Source of the DNA: Weeksellaceae bacterium
GTDB taxonomy: Bacteria > Patescibacteriota > Microgenomatia > UBA1406 > GWC2-37-13
Length of the DNA stretch: 64,000 nt
Direction of reading: 5' to 3'
Assembly: GCA_041730495.1 (NCBI GenBank)
Contig: JBGSBR010000004.1
Coordinates: 13,836 to 77,835, forward strand
The notes under the pieces were generated by a model. The model saw nothing but the letters and a program-made list of their open reading frames with translations. It was not told the DNA's origin and ran no database searches. The translations under genes and the position numbers were made by a program. Positions 9,395 to 18,030 of this stretch are shown one piece after another; within the stretch, counting starts at the first letter, position 1, and each line of letters begins with the position of its first letter.

Positions 9395-10802
9395 TCATGA
9401 AATACAGATTCGCATCTACACCGAGTGTTCCGATGATAATGCCATGCTTTTCTGTCCAATAATGGATGAGATATGGCTTTTCAGTCGGACTTTCTGGAAA
9501 TGTATAGATCAGCTCCCAGGTACCACTGCCAGGTGTTTGTGAGAGAGCATACCGATAAACACCATTATTATCCCCAATCGTGTAAAGATACTTATTATCA
9601 GTAGTTAGGCCATTATATTTGTAATAATTTGCTTCTGGTCCTTGATGATATTTATACCCAACGGTAAAACCAGTGAATGGTATAAAAGCCATCGTATTAT
9701 CATTCATCAGCTTTACTACATTTGAGCCACGATAATCGACATAGTAGCCAGTTTCTTCGTTGATCGTGACTGGTGCAATATTCGTATGTGGTGCAGCCAG
9801 CGGATCAATATTGAGTCCACTCCATTGTGTGCCGAGTGTAGCACTGCGTTCATTGCTATAAAATATTTTGTTGGCTAGCTGTGAGTCTGGATTATTGTAT
9901 TGTGTGATTGAGTACAGTTGATATTTATCTGTGTTTTGCGGGTCTTTTAAAGCAAATAATTGTTTTGATCGAATATAAGTAGTGTTTGGAAAGGTATATA
10001 GTCGTTCCCAACTTTTACCAGCGTTGGTGCTTCCCCAAATCTCAGGTTTGGCGGTGTTTCCACTTGGAGTACTGCCTCCTAGATAATAGCGATTGCCGAT
10101 CTGTGTACTGCCAAAGAAATGAACGATATTTGGAAATACTTCTGTGTCTGCTTCACAATCACCTGTATTTGGCCCTGTGCTACAACGCACCTTAAGTAAG
10201 TGATTCGCATCAGTATTTTTATCAAGCCAGTAGATATTGCCGCCGTTCCAACCATCAGTAAAACCAGGATCAGTTCCTGGTACGATAAGTCTGGATTTGG
10301 TTTCATCCGTCCAATCCAATGCATGGATGCCATTATCATCTAAGTAATCTTGATAGGCAGGAATAATGCCAGAGTTGTCAACGATGGCTACAGTGCCAAG
10401 AGGAAGTTTTTGTCCCAGGGGTTGATCAACATCAATTTTCGTAACAGTGGCTACTGCATCACCTGCTGGTAGATTACTGGCAAGTCCGAGATAGATAGCA
10501 TTGTTGTCTGTCGCGATTGCCCATGGACCAAACCACTGACCAATCTGTGTTTCAGTTACTACGTCAGTTGTTTGGCTGAGAAACCAATGTTTCAAAGTTT
10601 CAATGCCGCTTTTCGAGATGAGTGTCAGACTTTGAGGTGTTGAGAAGGAATTAGAATTTTTCGATTTTATGAGAGATGCGAGAGTTTTCGCACTTGCATC
10701 GGGAAGATTAGAAAAGATTATGGCTGAAAAAAATAAAGCACTAATTAAACCTAAATAAAATTTCATTGATATGTTGTTATTATTTTTCTTTTTTGTTTTC
10801 AT
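9384..10802 (-). CDS. Secreted hypothetical protein, possibly a beta-propeller
   Basis: N-terminal signal-like segment (FYLGLISALFFSAIIFSNLPDASA) and one Asp-box-like motif (STNAGKSW). No assignable family. Confidence 0.55.
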   Translation of the reverse strand: MKTKKKNNNNISMKFYLGLISALFFSAIIFSNLPDASAKTLASLIKSKNSNSFSTPQSLTLISKSGIETLKHWFLSQTTDVVTETQIGQWFGPWAIATDNNAIYLGLASNLPAGDAVATVTKIDVDQPLGQKLPLGTVAIVDNSGIIPAYQDYLDDNGIHALDWTDETKSRLIVPGTDPGFTDGWNGGNIYWLDKNTDANHLLKVRCSTGPNTGDCEADTEVFPNIVHFFGSTQIGNRYYLGGSTPSGNTAKPEIWGSTNAGKSWERLYTFPNTTYIRSKQLFALKDPQNTDKYQLYSITQYNNPDSQLANKIFYSNERSATLGTQWSGLNIDPLAAPHTNIAPVTINEETGYYVDYRGSNVVKLMNDNTMAFIPFTGFTVGYKYHQGPEANYYKYNGLTTDNKYLYTIGDNNGVYRYALSQTPGSGTWELIYTFPESPTEKPYLIHYWTEKHGIIIGTLGVDANLYFMNVE

Positions 10803-10823
10803 AAAAAAAATTATATAAAGTAT

Positions 10824-11462
10824 TTAATCTTTATTAACTATATCTAAAAATTCTTGAAAATGCTTCACTGTATAATCTGGTTTTAAGTGAGAAAAATGAT
10901 TATCTGCAAAGAAAGTTTCATTTGCTACAGGATGATACCAGACACTCGTAATCCCAGCTTGTTGTGCAGCAATGATGTCAACATCAGAGTCACCGATCAT
11001 GATACTGGTTTTTTTATTTCCACTTAGACGTTTGATTGCTTCAAGTACAGGTTCTGGATCAGGTTTATTAGTTTCTGTATCTTCCCAAGCCATCACGACA
11101 TCGAAATAATCTAAAATCTTTTGGGACTCTAAAATAGAAAGTGCAGTTTCACGTGTGGACGAAGTGACGACACCAATTGATTTACCAGCGGCTTTTAGTT
11201 GTTTAAGAGTTTCGGGTACGTATTCATGAAGTTCAAGTAGATCATGATGTGTGCGATATCGTGTATATACTTTTGTGGAAAATTCTCTGGGATCATCGAC
11301 CTCTGTGTCTGCTTCGTGATCGAAGTGATACAAAGCATGCACAATTTCTGCTTCAGTTTTGGTGATCTTATATTCAGCGTATGTCTCCGTGAAGCTAGTT
11401 ACCCATGCAGGAAGTGAGTGGACAAGGCAGCCATCGAGGTCAAAAAGGATAGTTTGATACAT
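10824..11462 (-). CDS. HAD-IA family hydrolase (phosphatase)
   Basis: Motif I FDLDGCLV, motif II VVTSS, motif IV GDSDVD. Confidence 0.85.
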   Translation of the reverse strand: MYQTILFDLDGCLVHSLPAWVTSFTETYAEYKITKTEAEIVHALYHFDHEADTEVDDPREFSTKVYTRYRTHHDLLELHEYVPETLKQLKAAGKSIGVVTSSTRETALSILESQKILDYFDVVMAWEDTETNKPDPEPVLEAIKRLSGNKKTSIMIGDSDVDIIAAQQAGITSVWYHPVANETFFADNHFSHLKPDYTVKHFQEFLDIVNKD

Positions 11463-11515
11463 AGTTCGAGTTCAATATTCTAGAACTTTTCAGTATAAAA
11501 TGCAAATAGTTAGCC

Positions 11516-13504
11516 TTAAAGCAGTTTTTCAAGTTCTTCTTTTGCTTCTTTCTCGGTGATATTTCGTTCAGATGAGCTGAAGTAAAAACGGAGTGTCAAA
11601 CTATCTTCATATTGCGAGATCATTTCAATATTTTCGAGTAGCTTACTTTTTTTCATTGCAGCTTCTGTAATCTCGGCATATGTGCGCTCACCTGGCTTAA
11701 TGGTCGCATCAAGTTTGATGACGGCGAACTGCGCTGGCTGCTGGTATTTCGTTACAACTCGTGAGTGCTCAGCTAAGTAATGGAAGTCGAGCTCTACAGC
11801 ACTCACCTGTCCTTTAAGACCTAATTTTTGCATAAGTGGAAGTGATAAAGAGCCCATCAAACCAATTTGATTGCCCTTTGCATCAATGATGCCCGCTTGC
11901 AGTTGTGGTGAGAAAAGTTTAGAAACATGTTTCTTTTCGAATGTTATATCAGTCAGATTTAGCTCTTGTAGTAAAGCTTCGATTACACCTTTTAGTTCGA
12001 AGAAATCACTGTTCATGGCAATACTTAGTTTGTACTGTTCATCAGGTAACTCTGTTGTTTTAGGATACACTTTAGAGATCTCGAAGAAGCTAAGTTTCTC
12101 TCTTCGACCTTGGTTATCTTGAATATTTTTGATCAACGATGGCAATAGTGATAATCGCATATACTCGATCTCAGTCGAGATCGTATTGGCAAGTTTGAGA
12201 TGTTTTTCTTTCGACCAACCGAGACTATCGATCAGATCTGCTGAGATCATAGAGTAGTTCATTACTTCATGGAGACCAAGATGTTTCAAGAACGTTTTCG
12301 CTTTGTTTTGCATGGTGAAAAGCACCTCAACATCATGTGGTTGCTTGATATAAACCATAGGGACGATGCTGTTGGGAAGATTGAAATACCCATATACACG
12401 AGCGACTTCTTCGATGATATCTTGTTTGATCTCGATATCAGCTGCACGGTATGAAGGTACGGTGATTTTGTATGAATCCGCTTTAGCAGCCACAGTAAAT
12501 CCGAGATCTTCAAGGATCGTTTTGACATCTTCATGGCTGATCTCAATACCCATCAGTTTTTGTACGTCTTGCAATGTGACATTGATAGTTTTGATTTCTG
12601 TTTTTTGTGGGTAGATATCGATTAGCTCTGAATCAGCAATACCACCAGTCAATGCATTGATGAGATCTACACCATAGACGAAGGCTGTCTCTACGCGCTC
12701 TGGATCGAGATCTTTTTCGAAATATGTCGCGGCGACAGTACGCTGACCTGTGACCATTGAGGTATGTCGGATATGTCTTTTGTCATAGTGTTGGGCGAAG
12801 AAAACAATCGTTTCGGTATCAGCACTGATGGCACTATTGGCACCACCCATGATGCCACAAAGATCGATAAGTCTACCATCACCATCTTCGATCACGATAT
12901 CACCGCCTGGCAAGATTACTTCTTTATTATCAAGTGTGACAAGTTTTTCACCTTTTTTACTTTCTCTCAGTGTCATTTTCGCGTCTCGGATCTGATCATA
13001 ATCAAACATGTGGATTGGCTGGCCAAGTGCGAGCATGATGTAATTTGAGATATCTACGACATTATTGATGCTTTTGATATCACACATCTCAAGTCTTCTT
13101 TTGATTACTTCTGGTGCGGGTTTGATCTGAACATCAGAGAAAACCATAGCAGTAAAGCGTTTATTGAGTTTAGTATCGGTTTTTACATCAAGAGGTTTAC
13201 GATCATGTGGCTCTGCTTTGAGATTATCGAAGGTATAGGTTTTGAATGGATTGAGTTTCAAACGTGCTTTGATGCCGAAGCGAGGTAAGATAGCTTGAGC
13301 TTCTTGGGCGATACCGAAGACACTTGCCATATCGATACGATTTGAGGTGATTTCGATATCAAGTGAGTAATCATCATCGGCTTCAAATTTTTCGATACGT
13401 TCTACTCCGGGTCCACAAAGTGACAGATACTTCTGTAGCTCATAAGGAGTAGCCTCTGTGTCGAGGTATTCCAACAGCCATTTATAAGTGATTTTGATAT
13501 TCAT
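11516..13504 (-). CDS. pheT: Phenylalanine--tRNA ligase beta subunit (short form)
   Basis: Typical N-terminus MNIKITYKWLLEYL, B3/4 and B5 regions and the C-terminal FDX-ACB-like domain. The OB-fold tRNA-binding insert seen in E. coli PheT is absent. Confidence 0.9.
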   Translation of the reverse strand: MNIKITYKWLLEYLDTEATPYELQKYLSLCGPGVERIEKFEADDDYSLDIEITSNRIDMASVFGIAQEAQAILPRFGIKARLKLNPFKTYTFDNLKAEPHDRKPLDVKTDTKLNKRFTAMVFSDVQIKPAPEVIKRRLEMCDIKSINNVVDISNYIMLALGQPIHMFDYDQIRDAKMTLRESKKGEKLVTLDNKEVILPGGDIVIEDGDGRLIDLCGIMGGANSAISADTETIVFFAQHYDKRHIRHTSMVTGQRTVAATYFEKDLDPERVETAFVYGVDLINALTGGIADSELIDIYPQKTEIKTINVTLQDVQKLMGIEISHEDVKTILEDLGFTVAAKADSYKITVPSYRAADIEIKQDIIEEVARVYGYFNLPNSIVPMVYIKQPHDVEVLFTMQNKAKTFLKHLGLHEVMNYSMISADLIDSLGWSKEKHLKLANTISTEIEYMRLSLLPSLIKNIQDNQGRREKLSFFEISKVYPKTTELPDEQYKLSIAMNSDFFELKGVIEALLQELNLTDITFEKKHVSKLFSPQLQAGIIDAKGNQIGLMGSLSLPLMQKLGLKGQVSAVELDFHYLAEHSRVVTKYQQPAQFAVIKLDATIKPGERTYAEITEAAMKKSKLLENIEMISQYEDSLTLRFYFSSSERNITEKEAKEELEKLL

Positions 13505-13635
13505 AGTTTGTTTTTTTACTCAAATAAAATTTTATACATTCCTCAAGTTGAGGGAGTAAACCTCATTATTCCACACGTGGTGCCGAGCAACCAGTGAGAA
13601 ATGTACAAAATTTCATTCCTCGTAAATTAATATTC

Positions 13636-14706
13636 TTAAAATTGTTCCAAAAATCTGATATCACCACTGTATAAGACACGGATATCATCGATTTTCAAAC
13701 CTTGCTTCATCATAAATACACGCTCAACGCCGAAGCCAAACGCCCAGCCTGAGTACACATCTGGATCGATGTTGGCGGCTTTCAGCACATTGGGGTGGAC
13801 CATACCGGTGCCTCCAAGCTCTAGCCAGCCAGATTTACATAGTTTACATTTTTTATTGTCTACGAGACCAGTACCACCACAGACATCACAGGTGATGTCG
13901 ACCTCAAACGAGGGCTCGGTAAACTGGAAATGAAATGGTCGGAGTCGTGTTTCACGCTCTTCGCCGAAAAATTGCTTAGCGAAGTAATCAATAGTTCCCT
14001 TAAGATGCGTAATATTGATACCTTTATCGACACAAAGTCCTTCAAACTGATGAAACATCGGTACATGTGAGGCATCCCAGTTTGGTCGATATGTTTTACC
14101 GATATTGATCATCCTGATAGGTGGCTCGCCCAGACGCATCATCTCTCTGTTTTGACCAGATGAGGTATGCGGGGTGAGGACCATCTTCCCATACTCTTTG
14201 TGTGGGTCATGTTCGATGAAGAATGTCTCAAAATCATCACGAGCAGGGTGCTCAGGTGGCATGTTGAGTGTCTCAAAGGCAAAATGTTCCCACTCTACCT
14301 CAGGATATGACATGCGGATGAAGCCAATTTTCTCGAAAATACGGCTAATCTCGTTGATTGCATGAGTGACGATATGGAGACTTCCTGTTGGATGCTTGGT
14401 ACCTGGGAGTGTGACATCTATCGTTTGTGAAGCTTCTGTTTGTGACATCAGCTCGGTTTTTTTCGCTGCAAGATCGGCTGTTATCTGCACTTTGAGTTGA
14501 TTTATCTGGCTTCCGAGCTCTTTTCGAGCTTCTGGAGCTGCATCTTTCATGGTTTGCAGTAATGCATTGATGTGACCGTTTCGTCCTAGATATGAGGTTT
14601 CAAGTTGTTGGAGAGATTCAAGAGTGGTAGTAGCTTTAAGCTCAGTAGTAAATTGGTGCTGTAGGTTTGTATGATTGGTCATCGGATCGATTCGTAACTC
14701 GTGCAC
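13636..14706 (-). CDS. pheS: Phenylalanine--tRNA ligase alpha subunit
   Basis: Class II core FQFTEPSFEVD...GWLELGGTGMVHPNVL...GFGVERV, with the CxxC..CxxC insertion found in many PheS proteins. The start is GTG 14706 or ATG 14682. Confidence 0.95.
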   Translation of the reverse strand: MHELRIDPMTNHTNLQHQFTTELKATTTLESLQQLETSYLGRNGHINALLQTMKDAAPEARKELGSQINQLKVQITADLAAKKTELMSQTEASQTIDVTLPGTKHPTGSLHIVTHAINEISRIFEKIGFIRMSYPEVEWEHFAFETLNMPPEHPARDDFETFFIEHDPHKEYGKMVLTPHTSSGQNREMMRLGEPPIRMINIGKTYRPNWDASHVPMFHQFEGLCVDKGINITHLKGTIDYFAKQFFGEERETRLRPFHFQFTEPSFEVDITCDVCGGTGLVDNKKCKLCKSGWLELGGTGMVHPNVLKAANIDPDVYSGWAFGFGVERVFMMKQGLKIDDIRVLYSGDIRFLEQF

Positions 14707-14746
14707 ATTGCTTGATTGTACCTCTCAAAAGAGATAAATACAATGA

Positions 14747-15094
14747 TTATGCTTTGATGTGCTTGATAAATGCATCGAAGGCTTGAGGAACATCAAGTGC
14801 CATTCGTGCCATTACCTTACGATCGAGACCAATATTCTTTTTCTTAAGAAGATTGATGAAGGTGCTATATGTTAAATCGTTTTGTCGTACAGCTGCGTTT
14901 AAGCGGACAATCCAAAGGGATCTCATGTCTCTTTTGCGATGTTTGCGACCAGCGAATGCGTATTCACCAGCATGCAAAACAGCTTCTTTAGCTTTTTTGA
15001 TTTGTTTTCCACGAGATTGCCAGTATCCTTTTGCGAGGTTTAAGATTTTCTTATGTTTACGATTTGTTGTTACTCCACCTTTAACGCGTGTCAT
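14747..15094 (-). CDS. rplT: 50S ribosomal protein L20
   Basis: MTRVKGGVTTNRKHKKILNLAKGYWQSRG is the canonical L20 N-terminus. Confidence 0.95.
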   Translation of the reverse strand: MTRVKGGVTTNRKHKKILNLAKGYWQSRGKQIKKAKEAVLHAGEYAFAGRKHRKRDMRSLWIVRLNAAVRQNDLTYSTFINLLKKKNIGLDRKVMARMALDVPQAFDAFIKHIKA

Positions 15095-15111
15095 ATTTGT
15101 TTATGAATGAT

Positions 15112-15315
15112 TTATGATCGACCTAATAATCTTCTTAATTTTTTTGCCATATCGCCTTCAACCTCTTTCATCTGTAAGAGACTACGAAGTTGTCGTTTAC
15201 TTTTACTTGAACGTAAATGTCGGATTTTCTGTGATCTATGTAATAACTTTCCAGATCCAGTGACCTTGAAACGTTTTGATGCGCCTTTGTGTGTTCTAAT
15301 TTTTTGCTGTGCCAT
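15112..15315 (-). CDS. rpmI: 50S ribosomal protein L35
   Basis: The internal ATG at 15315 gives MAQQKIRTHKGASKRFKVTGSGKLLHR. The 17 extra residues of the tracked ORF are not L35-like. Confidence 0.9.
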   Translation of the reverse strand: MAQQKIRTHKGASKRFKVTGSGKLLHRSQKIRHLRSSKSKRQLRSLLQMKEVEGDMAKKLRRLLGRS

Positions 15316-15396
15316 GTTTATGTCTATTAAAAAAACAATTATATCATTTGTCTCAAATATTGTCATGCCGAACTTATCTGAGCCTCAAAATCTAGG

Positions 15397-15936
15397 TTAC
15401 TTCTTTTTTGCGACGACTGCTCGCACGACTCTACCCTCAAAACGAGGTTCTTTAGAGATGTTGACGTCGCCAAGTTGCTTGATATAGTTATGGATCAACT
15501 CCATTGCCATATCTTTTTTGACGATCTCTCGACCTTTCAATGCAAGGTTTAATCGTACTTGATTACCATCATCGATAAATTCGCGTGTTCGATTGATCAT
15601 ACGTTCGAGATCAGCTGTTGCGATAAACAATGAGATTTTGATATCTTTCACTGTACTTTTTTTCGCACCTTTTTTCGCTTCTTTCAGCTTCTTTTCTTGT
15701 TCATACATGAACTTCTTGAAGTCAGTAAGTTTAGCTACAGGTGGGACAGCTTTGGGAGCGATAAGGACGAGGTCAAGACCTTGTTCTTGGGCTTTTGCCA
15801 ATGCTTCTTCACGAGTAAGTACACCAAACTGTTCTCCATCAGAGCCAAGAACACGAAGTGAAGCTTCTTGTATACGGTTATTCACAAAGAAAAACTGTTT
15901 AGGTGATCTTTGTTGTGGTCGGTAGTTGTTCCTCAA
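15397..15936 (-). CDS. infC: Translation initiation factor IF-3
   Basis: INNRIQEASLRVLGSDGEQFGVLTREEALAKAQEQGLDLV plus the C-terminal domain. The tracked start is TTG; the true (possibly atypical) start is uncertain. Confidence 0.9.
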   Translation of the reverse strand: MRNNYRPQQRSPKQFFFVNNRIQEASLRVLGSDGEQFGVLTREEALAKAQEQGLDLVLIAPKAVPPVAKLTDFKKFMYEQEKKLKEAKKGAKKSTVKDIKISLFIATADLERMINRTREFIDDGNQVRLNLALKGREIVKKDMAMELIHNYIKQLGDVNISKEPRFEGRVVRAVVAKKK

Positions 15937-16003
15937 GTAAAAAATTCAAACTTATTGCAATTCATCATTATAATGGCTCTATAGGCCTTTTTCAAGCTGA
16001 CAA

Positions 16004-17746
16004 TTAGGCTCTTTTAGTGATATCTTGCACTATTTGAGTCTTAAATGTGTCAAAAGCAACAGTTTCACTATTTCCATCACGCTTACGGATACTGATATTG
16101 CTGTCTTCGATCTCTTTATCACCCATGATACCCATATAAAAGACTTTTTCTTTTTGAGCGTTGCGGATTTTCTTCTGCATCGATTCATTCTGACTATCGA
16201 CATCGACACGGACACCAGCTTGGCGCAGCTCAGCGGCCATCTTTTCAGCTGCTTCTACATGACGCTCGGCGATTGGGATGAGCTTCATCTGTACTGGCGT
16301 GAGCCATAGTGGGAATGCCCCAGCATAATGTTCGATCACAAATGCCATGAATCGCTCATGTACAGATAATGGAGCTCGGTGGATGACGAAAATTTCATTA
16401 TTGTCCTGCCCCGCTTCGTCGGTATATCTGAGATCAAAGCGCTTTTTGGCTGCGAAATCAAGCTGGATTGTCGACATTGTCTCTTCACGGCCGATAGCTG
16501 ATTTGAACTGTACATCGACTTTTGGTCCATAAAATGCTGCCTCATCATCAGCTTCACGATACTCAACATTCATCTCTTGCAGTACTTCCCTCAACACCTG
16601 TTCAGAGTACTCCCAGTTTTCAGGTTCATCGAAGTATTTCTCAGTGTGTTTTGGATCCCATTTCGACAATCTAAACCAGTAGTCCTTCAAGCCAAAGATC
16701 GCAAAATACTCTTGAGTGAGCTTGATGACGGCTTTGAATTCGTCTTTGATCTGATCTTTACGACAGTAGATATGAGCATCATTCATCGTCATGCCGCGTA
16801 CACGCAGTAAGCCTGCAAGTGTACCTGAGAGCTCATTGCGATAACACGTACCGTATTCAGCTAGTCTCAGCGGTAATTCACGGTAACTTCTAGGTTTATA
16901 GTTATAAATCGTATGATGATGTGGACAGTTCATCGCCTTGAGATAATACGTGGCATCATCCATCTCCATCCCAGGGTACATTGATTCTTTATAGTACGGT
17001 AGATGTCCAGAGCGCTCAAATAGCTCTTGTTTGGCGATATGAGGTGTGACTACGCGGACATAGCCATATGCAGCTTCTTTCTCTAGTGCGAGTTTCTCGA
17101 TTTCGTTACGCACTATCGTGCCATTTGGGAGCCACATGACGAGGCCTTTGCCGACTGTTTCATCGATGAAGAATAAATCTAATTCTTTCCCAAGTTTACG
17201 ATGATCACGTTTTTTTGCCTCTTCGAGCTGATGCAAATGCTCTTCAAGCTCTTCTTTGGTGGCGAAAGCCGTGCCATAGATGCGCGTTAGCATCGTGTTT
17301 TTCTCATCTCCACGCCAGTATGCACCAGCGACGGATAATAATTTGAAGTGCTTGAGCTCTTCTTTTGGATTTTCGACATGGCCACCTTTACACAGATCCC
17401 AGTACTCACCAGATTTATAGAAGCTCAGTTTTTCACCATTTTTACTAAACTCTTCGATCAGCTCATGTTTATATTCATTATCTGGGTATTCCTTTTTAGC
17501 ATCTTCTGCACTAAGCTCATGTTTTTCGAAGCTTTTCCAGCTTTTCACAATTTCACGCATTTTCTGCTCCATGCGAGATAGATCAGCATCAGAGATTGGC
17601 TCTTTGAATTCGAAATCGAAATAAAAGCCAGTATCGATGGCAGGACCGATCGTACGCTTCGTTTCAGGCCAGATCTGCATGACAGCAGCAGCGAGTAAAT
17701 GAGCTGCACTGTGTCTGAGGTTATCGAGATGTTGTTGTTTATCCAT
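16004..17746 (-). CDS. thrS: Threonine--tRNA ligase lacking the N-terminal TGS domain
   Basis: Begins at the editing/SAD region (RHSAAHLLAAAVMQIWP). Has the class II core and an anticodon-binding domain. Confidence 0.95.
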   Translation of the reverse strand: MDKQQHLDNLRHSAAHLLAAAVMQIWPETKRTIGPAIDTGFYFDFEFKEPISDADLSRMEQKMREIVKSWKSFEKHELSAEDAKKEYPDNEYKHELIEEFSKNGEKLSFYKSGEYWDLCKGGHVENPKEELKHFKLLSVAGAYWRGDEKNTMLTRIYGTAFATKEELEEHLHQLEEAKKRDHRKLGKELDLFFIDETVGKGLVMWLPNGTIVRNEIEKLALEKEAAYGYVRVVTPHIAKQELFERSGHLPYYKESMYPGMEMDDATYYLKAMNCPHHHTIYNYKPRSYRELPLRLAEYGTCYRNELSGTLAGLLRVRGMTMNDAHIYCRKDQIKDEFKAVIKLTQEYFAIFGLKDYWFRLSKWDPKHTEKYFDEPENWEYSEQVLREVLQEMNVEYREADDEAAFYGPKVDVQFKSAIGREETMSTIQLDFAAKKRFDLRYTDEAGQDNNEIFVIHRAPLSVHERFMAFVIEHYAGAFPLWLTPVQMKLIPIAERHVEAAEKMAAELRQAGVRVDVDSQNESMQKKIRNAQKEKVFYMGIMGDKEIEDSNISIRKRDGNSETVAFDTFKTQIVQDITKRA

Positions 17747-17760
17747 AAGTATTTAGTGAA

Positions 17761-17789
17761 ATTATATATCCTCCTTCACCTGCGGTAAA
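17761..17789 (-). promoter_or_regulatory. Possible proximal thrS promoter
   Basis: Minus strand: TTTACC (17789..17784), 17 nt, TATAAT (17766..17761), 14 nt, ATG 17746. Confidence 0.3.
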
Positions 17790-17854
17790 CTCAGGTTTCG
17801 GCGGGATTTCGTTTTGTTATTTGGTATTGCTAATAGTTTATATTAAAAACTCAT

Positions 17855-17877
17855 AAAAAAACCCGCCTGAGGGCGGG
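17855..17877 (-). terminator. Intrinsic terminator inside the thrS leader (attenuator segments 3:4)
   Basis: Minus strand CCCGCC-CUCA-GGCGGG followed by seven U (17861..17855). Confidence 0.7.
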
Positions 17878-17909
17878 GTCTGTAATAAACACTACAAAAC
17901 CACGCCCTG

Positions 17910-17954
17910 TCAGGCGGTTGTAGTGGTAATGATGTTAGCTTTGTATACGAACAT
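17910..17954 (-). CDS. thrS leader peptide candidate MFVYKANIITTTTA
   Basis: ATG 6 nt after a -10 box. Carries four consecutive Thr codons ACC ACT ACA ACC, and its stop lies in the loop of a hairpin upstream of the terminator. Confidence 0.6.
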   Translation of the reverse strand: MFVYKANIITTTTA

Positions 17955-17960
17955 ACTGCA

Positions 17961-17989
17961 ACTATATAAGATTACTGAATGATTGTCAA
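17961..17989 (-). promoter_or_regulatory. Promoter of the thrS leader
   Basis: Minus strand: TTGACA (17989..17984), 17 nt, TATAGT (17966..17961). Confidence 0.6.
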
Positions 17990-17996
17990 CATAGGC

Positions 17997-18024
17997 TTGA
18001 AAGCTGTTAAATATAGGGTATAAT
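17997..18024 (+). promoter_or_regulatory. Divergent promoter abutting the lipoprotein gene (leaderless)
   Basis: TTGAAA (17997..18002), 16 nt, TATAAT (18019..18024), 6 nt, ATG 18031. Confidence 0.5.
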
Positions 18025-18030
18025 ATTACT

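Noticed and set aside
13505-13635. pheM-like attenuator or regulatory hairpins in the 131-nt pheS-pheT spacer
   Set aside because: Two small hairpins and a repeated GAGGAATG are present. There is no Phe-rich leader ORF and no hairpin with a U-tract, so the evidence is insufficient.
17854-17955. Independent small RNA (for example SRP/4.5S RNA) between the promoter and the terminator
   Set aside because: There is no SRP domain IV motif (GNAR loop, AGCA bulge). The same check was negative for 42024..42160. The attenuator reading is more parsimonious, although a stable short transcript is still expected.
17747-17989. T-box riboswitch upstream of thrS
   Set aside because: Only about 75 nt precede the terminator. 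I could find no T-box consensus (GGUGGUACCGCG-like) and no Stem I specifier architecture. The Thr-run leader peptide model explains the hairpins better.
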